This document shows, piece by piece, positions 36,820 to 46,483 of a DNA stretch of 60,036 bases. Numbering within the stretch: the stretch's first letter is position 1; the number at the start of each line of letters is the position of its first letter. Position numbers and translations under genes: made by a program. The notes beneath the pieces were generated by a model that was not told the DNA's origin, ran no database searches, and saw only the letters and a program-made list of their open reading frames with translations. This DNA comes from a virus (lineage: Duplodnaviria; Heunggongvirae; Uroviricota; Caudoviricetes): the IMG/VR virus record IMGVR_UViG_3300017605_000626, positions 64,001 to 124,036 of that record. The stretch is one strand, 5' to 3'.

Positions 36820-37452
36820 TTAATCCTTTTCTACATCTATAAGTAATATTCTAATTCCGCTAAATTCGTATTGAGGGTGTGTAGAATTAGCTCCTGTTAA
36901 AGCCCCTTCCTCTTTAAAATCCCAATCTTTTGGTAATCCTAAAATATCTATAAACATTCTATGATCTACTTTATCATAGATATCACAAGTAATAATTAGC
37001 CGTTTACGTGCATGGTTAAGAAGGTTGTTAAAGGCTTTCTTTATTGTTTTAGGATTTATAAAATCTTCTACTGTTGATATATTTATAACACAATCATATT
37101 CAAATGGTGATGGAGTTAATATATCGTATTTCCAATAATTTTCAAAATCAAGTGGGTTTTTGTCAAATAAATCAGAGTTTGTGAAGTGATCACCAACGCC
37201 TCTTCTAATTGCACTTATACTTTCAGCAAAGTCCCAATGTAATTTAGAAAAGCCACAAGAAGTATTATGTACGCTGTATAAGCCATTAACATTTTCTACA
37301 ATTTGGTCGTATACGTATTTATATTCGAATCTTCTTGACCAATTAGGTGTATTGTCTTGTTTATCATTAATATTTAAAAATCTACATTCTTTTACTTTCA
37401 TATGCCTCTTTCTGCTAAAAATGCAAAGGTTTCTTCTTGAGACATTAAACAA
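36820..37452 (-). CDS. Class I SAM-dependent methyltransferase-like protein
   Basis: HNTSCG motif I-like; YDCVINISTVED; LIITCD. Confidence 0.55.
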   Translation of the reverse strand: MFNVSRRNLCIFSRKRHMKVKECRFLNINDKQDNTPNWSRRFEYKYVYDQIVENVNGLYSVHNTSCGFSKLHWDFAESISAIRRGVGDHFTNSDLFDKNPLDFENYWKYDILTPSPFEYDCVINISTVEDFINPKTIKKAFNNLLNHARKRLIITCDIYDKVDHRMFIDILGLPKDWDFKEEGALTGANSTHPQYEFSGIRILLIDVEKD

Positions 37453-38363
37453 TCATTATCATTAGATTGTCTATTATTTTTTGCTACTTCTTTGCCGTGT
37501 TTGTTGTTTACTACCACGCACATACCTACATTTTTTAACGTAGTAAGATCAAATTTTTCTTCTGTGCTTACTAGTGTTTCGTGTATTTTTTCGAAATGGT
37601 TAGGTATCCCAATTTTAATTGCTTTTTCTGGTAGCCCATATTTTTTAACAAAGTATCTTGCTATGTCTATTATTTTAGCAGACTTAACAGCTATAGGAAC
37701 CACTATTCCATTTACATCTTCAAATAAAGCATTTGCTATTAGATAAACTGCTTGATTTACATCTAATAAGAACCTTGTCATAGCTATGCTATTAACGGTT
37801 ATTTCCTTTTTATCTTGGCATTGCTTTTTAAATAAAGGTATGACTGATCCTGTTGAGTTAATTACGTTTCCATATCTAACCGAGCAAAATTTAATGTTAG
37901 CTCCTTTTCTGTTACTTTCTTGGGTTATAATCTGTTCACAAATCTTTTTACTGCTCCCATATATAGAGCACGGATTAACCGCTTTATCAGTAGATATAAA
38001 ACAAACTTTTCTAACAAATGGCGCTACCTTATTACAAGTTTCAATGACGTTTAATGTGCCATCTACATTTGTTTTTAAGCACTCAGAATAATTATCTTCA
38101 CAGGCTTTTATTTGTTTTAGAGCATGGGCAATAACTACATTTGAGGGTTTTTCTTCAGATATTACTTTGCATAGTCTGGTATTATCTCTTACATCTCCGA
38201 TAATAGTTTTTAATTTTATTTTAGTATTTTTAAATTTTTCTTTGAGTATAAGATGTTTGGCTTCATCTCTAGAATAAACTATGTAGTCATGTGTTGTTCC
38301 TAGTGTCCCTATTATAGCGGTACCTAGAAATCCTGCCCCTCCTGTTATTAGAATTTTTGACAT
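37398..38363 (-). CDS. UDP-N-acetylglucosamine 4,6-dehydratase (FnlA/WbjB/PseB family SDR)
   Basis: GGAGFLG, SRDEAKH, GDVRD, ALKQI, STDKAVNP, YGSSK, VRYGNV..STGSVIPLF, MTRF. Confidence 0.92.
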   Translation of the reverse strand: MSKILITGGAGFLGTAIIGTLGTTHDYIVYSRDEAKHLILKEKFKNTKIKLKTIIGDVRDNTRLCKVISEEKPSNVVIAHALKQIKACEDNYSECLKTNVDGTLNVIETCNKVAPFVRKVCFISTDKAVNPCSIYGSSKKICEQIITQESNRKGANIKFCSVRYGNVINSTGSVIPLFKKQCQDKKEITVNSIAMTRFLLDVNQAVYLIANALFEDVNGIVVPIAVKSAKIIDIARYFVKKYGLPEKAIKIGIPNHFEKIHETLVSTEEKFDLTTLKNVGMCVVVNNKHGKEVAKNNRQSNDNDCLMSQEETFAFLAERGI

Positions 38364-39224
38364 TTATTTTATTCTCCATCCTAAGTTATCATTGCAGATA
38401 TTAAAATACTTAGGTTGATATATTATTTCTCTGTATATACATTTATATACAAAATCTTTTACCCATGCTTCTTTTTCTTTGTGGAACTCTTCACTTTCTT
38501 TCGGGTTCCAGCCAGAAGATCTACAATAGTGTAGAAATTTGTTACCAAATAATTCTACATCAAATCCTTCTTTATAGCAAGCTTTAATTTCTTTTGGCAG
38601 CAAATTAGTGTTAACATTTCTTTCGCTTATATGCCAGCTTTGATTAAGCAACCAGCATTTTTTCTTTACTTCTGGATATTTATTAAAGTAATTATAAAAC
38701 CCGCCACCAGTATCTAAATGTGTTTCAGTTCCTTCTACTTTAATACCTTCCCAATCTAGTTCTTCCGGAGATTTGATATGCTTCATATTTAAGAAAACAA
38801 TTGTAGGGGTGATGTATTCATGGCCTTTTCTGTGCTGTGGTGCCCCCATTATACTCCAGTCATTGTCTCCCAATTTTAAGAAATCTAATAAGAAGATATC
38901 TCCGTCCATCACACCAACTATATCTAATCCTTTTATTCTAGAGGCGCTGTTCTGCCACACGTTATTAATTGCACTGGCATGATGTGCTCCAGCGTAATCA
39001 AATGGAATATCTGAGTATGTTTGAAGTGAGATTAAGTTTAATTCAGTCGCCGCCTTATTAATTTCTAGCCTCATTTCATTAGTTCTAGCATTGTTTACTA
39101 TTATTAATTGAAATGGATTTTGAAGAAATTTATAGAAACTATCAAACTGCCACTTTATAAAATGTGGTTTATTATAGTGGATACTATAAAGAGTTATGTG
39201 CGGAGACAGATTTTGTTTGATCAT
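38364..39224 (-). CDS. Putative GT-A glycosyltransferase (orphan family; paralog of 47405)
   Basis: LIIVNNAR, MDGDIF (DxD), LDTGG. Confidence 0.5.
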   Translation of the reverse strand: MIKQNLSPHITLYSIHYNKPHFIKWQFDSFYKFLQNPFQLIIVNNARTNEMRLEINKAATELNLISLQTYSDIPFDYAGAHHASAINNVWQNSASRIKGLDIVGVMDGDIFLLDFLKLGDNDWSIMGAPQHRKGHEYITPTIVFLNMKHIKSPEELDWEGIKVEGTETHLDTGGGFYNYFNKYPEVKKKCWLLNQSWHISERNVNTNLLPKEIKACYKEGFDVELFGNKFLHYCRSSGWNPKESEEFHKEKEAWVKDFVYKCIYREIIYQPKYFNICNDNLGWRIK

Positions 39225-40044
39225 ATTTTTCTGCTAGTTCTTTTATTTGTTGATAAATAGTGGGTATTTCAAAGTTTTCTATAAACCATTGATTGTTAGT
39301 AGATAGTGTTCTATCTATATTTCTTTTGCAGAAACTGGGTATTGGCTCTTTATTTGCTTTGAATTCTCTGTTTATTGCACAAAGCAATTCATATTTAGAA
39401 ATAGAATGAGGACTGAATACATGGAATATACCATATGAGAATAAATTTCTTTCTATAGTATGTCCAATTATTTTGCTTAATTGAATGGTGCTTAAACCAT
39501 TCCAATAGTTATTGATATAGCCCATTGGTTGTGTTTTAATTTCATGTAAGAACCAGTCTAATAGACCAAACTTCTTTTCAGAAAGTTCTTGTCCTATGAA
39601 ACTAGTTCTAATTACCATAGATTTACTAGGAAATTCCCCATTTAATTTTGAATGGCCATATGCTGATACTGGATCTGGTTTGTCTGCCTCTGTATACCTT
39701 CCCCTTTTGCCACTAAATACACAGTCTGTAGAGACTTGTATTAGATTTATACCATACTGGCCACATTTAAATGCTAATTTTCTAGCAAAAGAATTATTTA
39801 CTAGGTTTAAAGTGTTGTAATCATGTGGTTTTTGTGGTATTACTCCTATACAATTAATTATAAAATCATCTTTTTTTATTTTATAAAGAGGAAGTAAGTT
39901 GCTAGCTGCATTTTTCTTAGTAGCATCTAAACCTCTTCTTGTAATGCCCCGTATTTCTGTTAGTCCTTTAATTTTTCTATGCCTTAAATGATCTACTAGT
40001 GTGTGCCCTAAATTTCCAGTGGAGCCTAGAATTATGATTTTCAT
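39184..40044 (-). CDS. RmlD-like NDP-4-keto-6-deoxyhexose reductase
   Basis: GSTGNLG, INCIGV, STDCVFSG, YGHSKLNGE, IRTS. Confidence 0.9.
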   Translation of the reverse strand: MKIIILGSTGNLGHTLVDHLRHRKIKGLTEIRGITRRGLDATKKNAASNLLPLYKIKKDDFIINCIGVIPQKPHDYNTLNLVNNSFARKLAFKCGQYGINLIQVSTDCVFSGKRGRYTEADKPDPVSAYGHSKLNGEFPSKSMVIRTSFIGQELSEKKFGLLDWFLHEIKTQPMGYINNYWNGLSTIQLSKIIGHTIERNLFSYGIFHVFSPHSISKYELLCAINREFKANKEPIPSFCKRNIDRTLSTNNQWFIENFEIPTIYQQIKELAEKYDQTKSVSAHNSL

Positions 40045-40045
40045 T

Positions 40046-40294
40046 TCATCCTTGATTTGTTTTGTTTTTATTTATCTTTTTATAGCTGTGTCTTTTAGAA
40101 GGAGCGGTTCCGCCTTCTCCAAATGTTCCCATAAATTTAGCGGATATTTGCACTTCATTTCTTGTAGTTTTGCCTCCACATTCATCACAAGTAAAGATTA
40201 CATTTTTTCTTTCTTCAGATTCTTTATATGTTAGAAACAGTTTATCTAATTGGTGCCCACACTTTTTACAAGTGTAGGTAAATATTGGTGACAT
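40046..40294 (-). CDS. FmdB-family zinc ribbon protein
   Basis: MSPIFTYTCKKCGH..CDECGG. Confidence 0.8.
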   Translation of the reverse strand: MSPIFTYTCKKCGHQLDKLFLTYKESEERKNVIFTCDECGGKTTRNEVQISAKFMGTFGEGGTAPSKRHSYKKINKNKTNQG

Positions 40295-40872
40295 TATATA
40301 TTATCCCATCGTTTTTTATTTACTATTCTAGAAATAGTTGATTGATTTACTTTGTATTTTCTTGCTAATTCTATGGTTGTCATGTGACTATAGAGTTTTC
40401 TTATGGTTATTATATCTTCTGCTGTGAATCTAGTAGTCCTTTTATTTTGATTTTGTTCTTGTTGTGTTGTCCATCTACAATTGTCAGGGCTATAACCTAG
40501 ACTATTGTTGATACGTTCTAAGCTGTGGTCATCAGATGGCCTGTCTCCCATATCATCATAAAAATTCCAGAAGCTTTCTCTCCATCTATTGCAGACTGTT
40601 ATGCCCCTACCACCATAGTTTTTGTAGGCTTTTCCTTTTGTATTGTAACACCTAGTTATCATACTTCTCCATACTTTATGTAATGGAGTTTTAACTAAAC
40701 ATCTACAACTAGTTGAATGTCCAGTTATTAGCATAATGTTTGATGTCTCAACAGTTTTACCACAGGCGCAAAGACATTCTACTATTGTGTAGCCTTTGTA
40801 GTTTTTATTTAAAATCTTTGTTACCTTTAATCTTCTAAAGGTTTGTCCTTCCTTTACTTCACTACCAAACAT
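40294..40872 (-). CDS. HNH-type homing endonuclease
   Basis: CLCACG, WRSMITRC, YGGRGITVCNRW, SLERINNSLGYSPDNCRW. Confidence 0.88.
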   Translation of the reverse strand: MFGSEVKEGQTFRRLKVTKILNKNYKGYTIVECLCACGKTVETSNIMLITGHSTSCRCLVKTPLHKVWRSMITRCYNTKGKAYKNYGGRGITVCNRWRESFWNFYDDMGDRPSDDHSLERINNSLGYSPDNCRWTTQQEQNQNKRTTRFTAEDIITIRKLYSHMTTIELARKYKVNQSTISRIVNKKRWDNI

Positions 40873-41072
40873 TACTTACTTTCCTCTTCTGGTTTATCGG
40901 CTTCTACCACTATTGGAATAGCTCCTACTGTATCAAGATAGGGCCTCCAAAATCTTTCCATAAGTTCTTCTTTGATCTTATCTTTGTCTCTATCAATTCC
41001 AAATTGAGCTTCACCTAAAAAGATTTGTTTTTCTTCATTAGGGAATTTATACCATAAACTAAATTTCCACAT
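40872..41072 (-). CDS. Hypothetical protein
   Basis: ORF track; overlapping operon. Confidence 0.5.
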   Translation of the reverse strand: MWKFSLWYKFPNEEKQIFLGEAQFGIDRDKDKIKEELMERFWRPYLDTVGAIPIVVEADKPEEESK

Positions 41073-41086
41073 ATTATTATTACCCC

Positions 41087-41395
41087 TTAATTAAATTTGA
41101 TATTAACACTTTTCCAAAGTCTGTTGCAAGGTTCACATGTTATTTTAGAGTTAGATTTATATCCTTTTTTACCGCAGATATGTTTTCTGCTGGTTCTATC
41201 GGCATATATACTTAAGCACACCTTACATTTAATTGCTTTACTAAGATCTATTCCTACATATCTTGGGTGTCTATCACATCTATTAGGAATTTGTGGTTTT
41301 AAAACTAAACCATTAATAATTTTTTCTAAATTACTTACTCTGTCGTCCACCGTTATAAGTTTGTTTACTTGATTTTTTACTAGTTCTTCGCTCAT
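41087..41395 (-). CDS. Hypothetical Cys-rich protein
   Basis: ORF track; CxxH..CxxC..C..CxxC. Confidence 0.5.
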   Translation of the reverse strand: MSEELVKNQVNKLITVDDRVSNLEKIINGLVLKPQIPNRCDRHPRYVGIDLSKAIKCKVCLSIYADRTSRKHICGKKGYKSNSKITCEPCNRLWKSVNIKFN

Positions 41396-41583
41396 TACAT
41401 TATCCTTTTTATAATTGTTTGATATGGTTCTATGCCATATACCTTTATTAACTCAGCTACTCTTTCTGAGTGTGGACAAATTGATTTTTTTCCTTTAGGT
41501 GTTCTACATGGTTCATTTGTTAGTGCTTTACATTTAGGACAGTTTAATCTAGTTTTTGCATCTGAAAATATCCAGTTTACCAT
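41395..41583 (-). CDS. Phage zinc-finger protein
   Basis: CPKCKA..EPC..PHSER. Confidence 0.6.
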   Translation of the reverse strand: MVNWIFSDAKTRLNCPKCKALTNEPCRTPKGKKSICPHSERVAELIKVYGIEPYQTIIKRIM

Positions 41584-42323
41584 TATTTTCTTTCCTTAGC
41601 TACGATTTGATTTTTATGAATTCTATAATGAACTAGTACTTGAGGAACAATACCTATTCTTGCTCCCTTATTTATTGATTTCTGCCACAGTAACAAATCT
41701 TCTAATGGTATAGCATCTTCATATGGGCCATATTTCCTCCAAAAATTCTTTGTATATGCTACACCTGGGTGGCATATTACATTGTGTCCCGCATTAAGTT
41801 CTTTCCAAACATCTCTATTAGACATTATAAGAGTATTATTGTCAGTGTCAATACCGTTTTCATTTTCTTCCACATATCTAAAATCAGATGATACCATATC
41901 ATACCTATTGTTTGCGATGAAATCTATTTGACTCATGAATCTTTCTTTGGAATAGTAATCATCTAAATTAGTGTTAAATACTACATTATAATGAGATTCA
42001 AATACAGGCTTAAGATCTGAGAAACAATAGAATAAAAGGAAGTTCATTGCATGAACATGATTAGGAAGAGGTTTGTGTATTCTTTGGTGTGTTGTGAAGT
42101 TTAATTTTCTTCCTAGTATATTGTGAAGAAATGTTTTCTTTTCTCCATACGATAGTTCAATTACATCGAAGTTTTTAAACGTTTGATTTTCTATAGATCT
42201 GACACACTTATCTATCCAATCTTTCTTATAAATTCTACTAATGTCTTTATGGTAGAAAATGACTGCATGTTTAGCAGTAGGTTCTTTGGGCACAAATTCT
42301 TTTACTAGGTCGTTATAAAGCAT
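41583..42323 (-). CDS. Glycosyltransferase family 2-like
   Basis: CVRSIENQTF, NLDDYYSKERF, ICHPGV, EDLLLW, LVHYRIH. Confidence 0.8.
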   Translation of the reverse strand: MLYNDLVKEFVPKEPTAKHAVIFYHKDISRIYKKDWIDKCVRSIENQTFKNFDVIELSYGEKKTFLHNILGRKLNFTTHQRIHKPLPNHVHAMNFLLFYCFSDLKPVFESHYNVVFNTNLDDYYSKERFMSQIDFIANNRYDMVSSDFRYVEENENGIDTDNNTLIMSNRDVWKELNAGHNVICHPGVAYTKNFWRKYGPYEDAIPLEDLLLWQKSINKGARIGIVPQVLVHYRIHKNQIVAKERK

Positions 42324-43009
42324 GTTGGCGGCTTCCTTATTCTTCTTAATATTAGGACTTGATCAGTAGAATTTTCTGTTATGTGTGTAACAGTTCTTTC
42401 TTCTTCCCAACCATATTTATTGCAGAACTTATAGAATAGTTTTTTACTTAATTTATTATGATAAAATATATCGTCATATTTTATTTCATCAAAATCTAAG
42501 TCAGATAATGGAATGAAGAAGTTTATGATGATGTTTTCTTTAGTAACTCTAAAGACTTCTCTTAGCTGCCACCTATAGTTTTCTTGGTGTTCTAGTACAT
42601 GTCTCATATAGAAGCAGTCAAAGAAATGTGTATGATAAGGGATATCATATCCATTAATAAGAGTTACTTTCATCTCTGGGTGATTTGAAGCCGCAAGAGC
42701 GCAGAACTCTGGAGTAACATCTAGGCCGTAATATTCAATAGTAGAATTAGGGGTTGATTTTAATAGTCCATTATTTTTCCACATTTGGAAATCAATTGCG
42801 GCTCCAAAACCTAGTTCTCCTATTTTAATTTTTTTAGAATTTGTAGTAGTATTTCTTATTTGATTCCCTATTTTAAGCCATTCTATTCTACCAGGATTGT
42901 CTGGTCCTTGGCCTTCTCCCCACAAAGTTCCATCTCCTGCGAGAAATTCTCCAGGATTTTTTTCTTTAAATAAATTACTCCAATTGAAATGATTTGTTTT
43001 CATGGCCAT
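42305..43009 (-). CDS. Class I SAM-dependent methyltransferase
   Basis: GELGFGAAID, YYGLDV, IPY..FDCFYMRHVLEH. Confidence 0.8.
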   Translation of the reverse strand: MAMKTNHFNWSNLFKEKNPGEFLAGDGTLWGEGQGPDNPGRIEWLKIGNQIRNTTTNSKKIKIGELGFGAAIDFQMWKNNGLLKSTPNSTIEYYGLDVTPEFCALAASNHPEMKVTLINGYDIPYHTHFFDCFYMRHVLEHQENYRWQLREVFRVTKENIIINFFIPLSDLDFDEIKYDDIFYHNKLSKKLFYKFCNKYGWEEERTVTHITENSTDQVLILRRIRKPPTCFITT

Positions 43010-43272
43010 TCCTGATAAATTAATATACCATCATCATGCTCATGTAAAAGTTCTACCGCGCTCACTCTTGGCATTTTAGACAGCAACTCTGCTAATAGAT
43101 GTGGATCATATTTATACTGATCAAAGCTATCAACTGCTGTTTCTATTAAGTCATTATTGTTGTAGCTATCACTTATAATTTCTTGATTTCTCCATACCCT
43201 AATTTTAAATTCTATGTCTCTAGTTTTATCTATCAGGAGAATATTAGTCATACTTTCTATTACTTTAGGCAC
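43000..43272 (-). CDS. Hypothetical protein
   Basis: ORF track. Confidence 0.5.
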   Translation of the reverse strand: MPKVIESMTNILLIDKTRDIEFKIRVWRNQEIISDSYNNNDLIETAVDSFDQYKYDPHLLAELLSKMPRVSAVELLHEHDDGILIYQEWP

Positions 43273-44194
43273 TTTTAAATACCTCTATATCCCTGCATAT
43301 TTCATCTTCTTGGGTTAATGTTCTTAACACACCATTACTAAATATTTCTCTATCTCCTAATAGATTGTGGTGATCTTTTAGATGAGCTAGCATATCATCA
43401 AAGGTAAAGTCTGAGAAATTTGTTTCTTGTATTCTTCTATACCAATGCATATAATCTTCACCTAAAGTCTTTTCTTTATTACTAATCCAATCTTTAGATG
43501 AACTGAATACCATGTGCCAGACTAAATTATCTATTGTGTGCCCGAACACACCCATTTCATTGGTCATGCCAAGTATTTTGTTCATGGATAAGCTTAATTT
43601 AGCTCCCATATTAATTTGGTCTGAGTAGAAGTTTGCTACCACACCATTATCTGCGTTTTGCTCGAACTCACAATTTGCTACTGGAGTAAAATTCACTTTG
43701 TATCTGTTTTCTGGGCGTAGAAATCCCACCGCCCTAGATAAACTTCTAACCTCTCTAGTTTTCCCTACTCTGAAGTAGTTGTTTATCTGTACAAAATTAC
43801 CCCATTTAGCATATCCTGGATGCATGTGTAGTCCAGTTTGTTTGCCTACGAATAATAGATCGTATTTTTCTATTAGTTTAATAGGAGCAAGCAGCCAGTT
43901 TGGATGAATAGGAATACAATCTACATCCAAGCTACAGAAGTAGTATCCCTCCGCCATAGAAGCAGCTACGTCTATCGGCCAGCCCGCATCTATTCTTGGC
44001 GCTTTTATTACTCTAGCAAAAGAAGAATATTCTATCATAAGATCATTAGGTATACCAGATTCTGTTTGATCTATAACTAATACTTCAGTTGGTAAAGTAG
44101 TTCTATGAAACTTTCTAATCTGGTGAAGATTTCTCTTTAAAAATACTAGCTCTTCTTCATAAGCTAGTGGTATTACTACACTTGCTGTGCGCAT
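43265..44194 (-). CDS. Putative GT-A glycosyltransferase
   Basis: ASVVIP, VLVIDQ, SLDVDCIP (DxD). Confidence 0.6.
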   Translation of the reverse strand: MRTASVVIPLAYEEELVFLKRNLHQIRKFHRTTLPTEVLVIDQTESGIPNDLMIEYSSFARVIKAPRIDAGWPIDVAASMAEGYYFCSLDVDCIPIHPNWLLAPIKLIEKYDLLFVGKQTGLHMHPGYAKWGNFVQINNYFRVGKTREVRSLSRAVGFLRPENRYKVNFTPVANCEFEQNADNGVVANFYSDQINMGAKLSLSMNKILGMTNEMGVFGHTIDNLVWHMVFSSSKDWISNKEKTLGEDYMHWYRRIQETNFSDFTFDDMLAHLKDHHNLLGDREIFSNGVLRTLTQEDEICRDIEVFKSA

Positions 44195-45309
44195 GAATTC
44201 TCCTTAAATATTATCTTTCTGTATAATATATCTGCAATTCTTTGTCCAGATCGACCATCACCAAAAGGAGAATCTATAGTTGCATTTAAAGATCTTTGAT
44301 ATCTTTCTTCATGATGAACTGTATAAAAACTTGCAAGTTCTCTTCTGAATGATTGTGGATCTTCACATAGTTTAGTCCCTGGAAATTTTAATACTTCTTC
44401 TCTTTCAGTGGTATCTCTTAGCACAAACAGCGGTCTTTTTATTCTTGTTATTTCTTCTTGTATGCCGCCAGAATCACTACAAACAAACCAAGAATTCATA
44501 CATTGTTTTACAAACTTATGATATGGTAAAGGGCTTTGTATAGTTACTTTATGAGAAGCTTCACAATGGTGCAAAGCTTCTTGTACTTGTCTTCCAACTT
44601 CAGGATTAGGGTGAAGAGGCAATAAACAATGAAATTCATCATGTATTTTTAGAAAGTTTAGAAGCTCTAGAAAGTATCTATATATTCTTTTGTATTTAAT
44701 ATTTTCTCTACGATGCATTGTAAAGGTAATGTAAAGTTTTTTTATTTCTTCTCTCTTGCCAAGCCCTTCTATTACGCGGTCAACGGCATCTAGAGCTGTA
44801 CTACCAGTAACCCACACATTCCTAGTTATATTTTCTATAAAAAGATTTTCTTTATTTTGTTTTGTAGGGCAAAAATGGTATTTAGATAGTTGGCTTATTA
44901 ATATCCTATTTATTTCTTCAGGAAAAGGACTATTATGGTTGTGTGTCCTTAGACCTGCTTCTACATGTGCTACTGGTGTTTCTAGATTAGAAGCACATAT
45001 AGCAGATGCAGTAGCAGTAGTTGTATCTCCTTGTACTATGATAAGATCTGGTTTATCTTCTTCAAGAATTGGTTCTAGTTTTTGTATAACAGAAGCAAAG
45101 ATAGTATTAAGAGTAGATTTAGGTGCCATTATTCCTAAATTTATATCAGATGCTAATTCTAGCAAAGAATCTTCTGCAATTTGTAGATGTTGTCCAGTGT
45201 TTATTAATCTAATATCTAGATTATCATAAGGCTTTAGGGCTCTAATTACAGGTGATATTTTTACAACTTCTGGCCTTGTTCCATATATGAATGCTACTTT
45301 CTTTTTCAT
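44176..45309 (-). CDS. wecB: Non-hydrolysing UDP-N-acetylglucosamine 2-epimerase
   Basis: GTRPEVVK, TGQH, VQGDT, HVEAGLR, PEEINR, HRREN, DSGGIQEE. Confidence 0.93.
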   Translation of the reverse strand: MKKKVAFIYGTRPEVVKISPVIRALKPYDNLDIRLINTGQHLQIAEDSLLELASDINLGIMAPKSTLNTIFASVIQKLEPILEEDKPDLIIVQGDTTTATASAICASNLETPVAHVEAGLRTHNHNSPFPEEINRILISQLSKYHFCPTKQNKENLFIENITRNVWVTGSTALDAVDRVIEGLGKREEIKKLYITFTMHRRENIKYKRIYRYFLELLNFLKIHDEFHCLLPLHPNPEVGRQVQEALHHCEASHKVTIQSPLPYHKFVKQCMNSWFVCSDSGGIQEEITRIKRPLFVLRDTTEREEVLKFPGTKLCEDPQSFRRELASFYTVHHEERYQRSLNATIDSPFGDGRSGQRIADILYRKIIFKENSCAQQV

Positions 45310-45452
45310 TTATATTCCATTATCTCTTTTTCTGCTTCTTTTATTTTAATCTTTTCTTTCTTGTTCTTAAGAATTCTAGTAGGTTTTACATGAAGTAAAG
45401 CTCTACTAATTGATTTAATGTGTTTTGTACGATTGAAGGTTTTATTTTTCAT
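45306..45452 (-). CDS. Small basic protein (48 aa; not in ORF track)
   Basis: Translated by hand: MKNKTFNRTKHIKSISRALLHVKP...EIMEYK*; fills the gap with overlapping start/stop. Confidence 0.45.
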   Translation of the reverse strand: MKNKTFNRTKHIKSISRALLHVKPTRILKNKKEKIKIKEAEKEIMEYK

Positions 45453-45453
45453 A

Positions 45454-45726
45454 CTAGTTAATATATTCTGTTTTAGTATTTTGCAATATCTTAAATTGTT
45501 CTAATTCTATCATAGTGCGAAGATAAAGTCCATCACATAACATTAATAATTCTTTTTGCATAGATTTGGAACGACACATTGATAATAGTATCAACTGTAA
45601 ACTTTCGCTATAACCTTGATAAAACTCAACACTTTTTTCTTTAGGAAATTTTAGTTCGACAAAGGCTTTTATGTTTGTATCAATTTTTTCCCAAGTCTCT
45701 CTTAGAACATTCAGGATAGTTGTCAT
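45454..45726 (-). CDS. Hypothetical protein
   Basis: ORF track. Confidence 0.5.
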   Translation of the reverse strand: MTTILNVLRETWEKIDTNIKAFVELKFPKEKSVEFYQGYSESLQLILLSMCRSKSMQKELLMLCDGLYLRTMIELEQFKILQNTKTEYIN

Positions 45727-46472
45727 TAATCTTCTTTCCTTAATTCACTGTGATTTTTGTTTAATGCTATTATTCTTTTTTTGAATGGAAGATTCCATTT
45801 TATATGTTCACTATCCTCTGGATAAATATAGCCACTATCTAATGTTTTAACTTCTTGATCAATTAGATATCTATTAAAATAACTTTCATCGTGCCACTTT
45901 GCTATAATATTAACACATTCATCTAAGGCCAGCATTGTGGATATTTCTTGGCACATTGATAAGTATTTAGCAGAAGAAGCGCCATTGAATCCCCCTGCCC
46001 AATATGTTTTTCTTTGGGCTGGTGATACAAAAGCGACGGAAGACATACTTGTTTCCCAATCTCCACCGCCCTGATAATATCCGGGATGTTTTACAGCAAC
46101 TATTTGATTAGGGTTATCTGGTAATACCTCTTCATCTATAATAGACTCTACTTTCATATCCGCATCTATGTAGTACAGATAGTCAAAGTTCTTTAGATGT
46201 TCTTTGTGTTTATTAAAGATATTATAGCGATGTAGCGTCATGTATGGCCAAGGTTTATGTGTTACTTCAAACGCACTAACATGTACTCTATTATTACAAT
46301 TTTTTGCGGTGTGTTCTTTGAAGTTATATATTTGGCTATACGGAGCATCTGTGAATAACATTAATCCAATTCTATGTTCAGGTAAAAAATTAGTAGCAAT
46401 AGACGTAAATAGAGGGTTTATAAAATCATTGTATCCTCTTGTTGCTATAACTAATATTCCTATCTTTTTCAT
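45726..46472 (-). CDS. Glycosyltransferase family 6 (ABO-type alpha-1,3-Gal/GalNAc transferase)
   Basis: IATRGY, WPYMTLHRY, DADM, HPGY, YWAGGFNG, WHDESYFNRY. Confidence 0.92.
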   Translation of the reverse strand: MKKIGILVIATRGYNDFINPLFTSIATNFLPEHRIGLMLFTDAPYSQIYNFKEHTAKNCNNRVHVSAFEVTHKPWPYMTLHRYNIFNKHKEHLKNFDYLYYIDADMKVESIIDEEVLPDNPNQIVAVKHPGYYQGGGDWETSMSSVAFVSPAQRKTYWAGGFNGASSAKYLSMCQEISTMLALDECVNIIAKWHDESYFNRYLIDQEVKTLDSGYIYPEDSEHIKWNLPFKKRIIALNKNHSELRKED

Positions 46473-46483
46473 TTACTAGTTCC

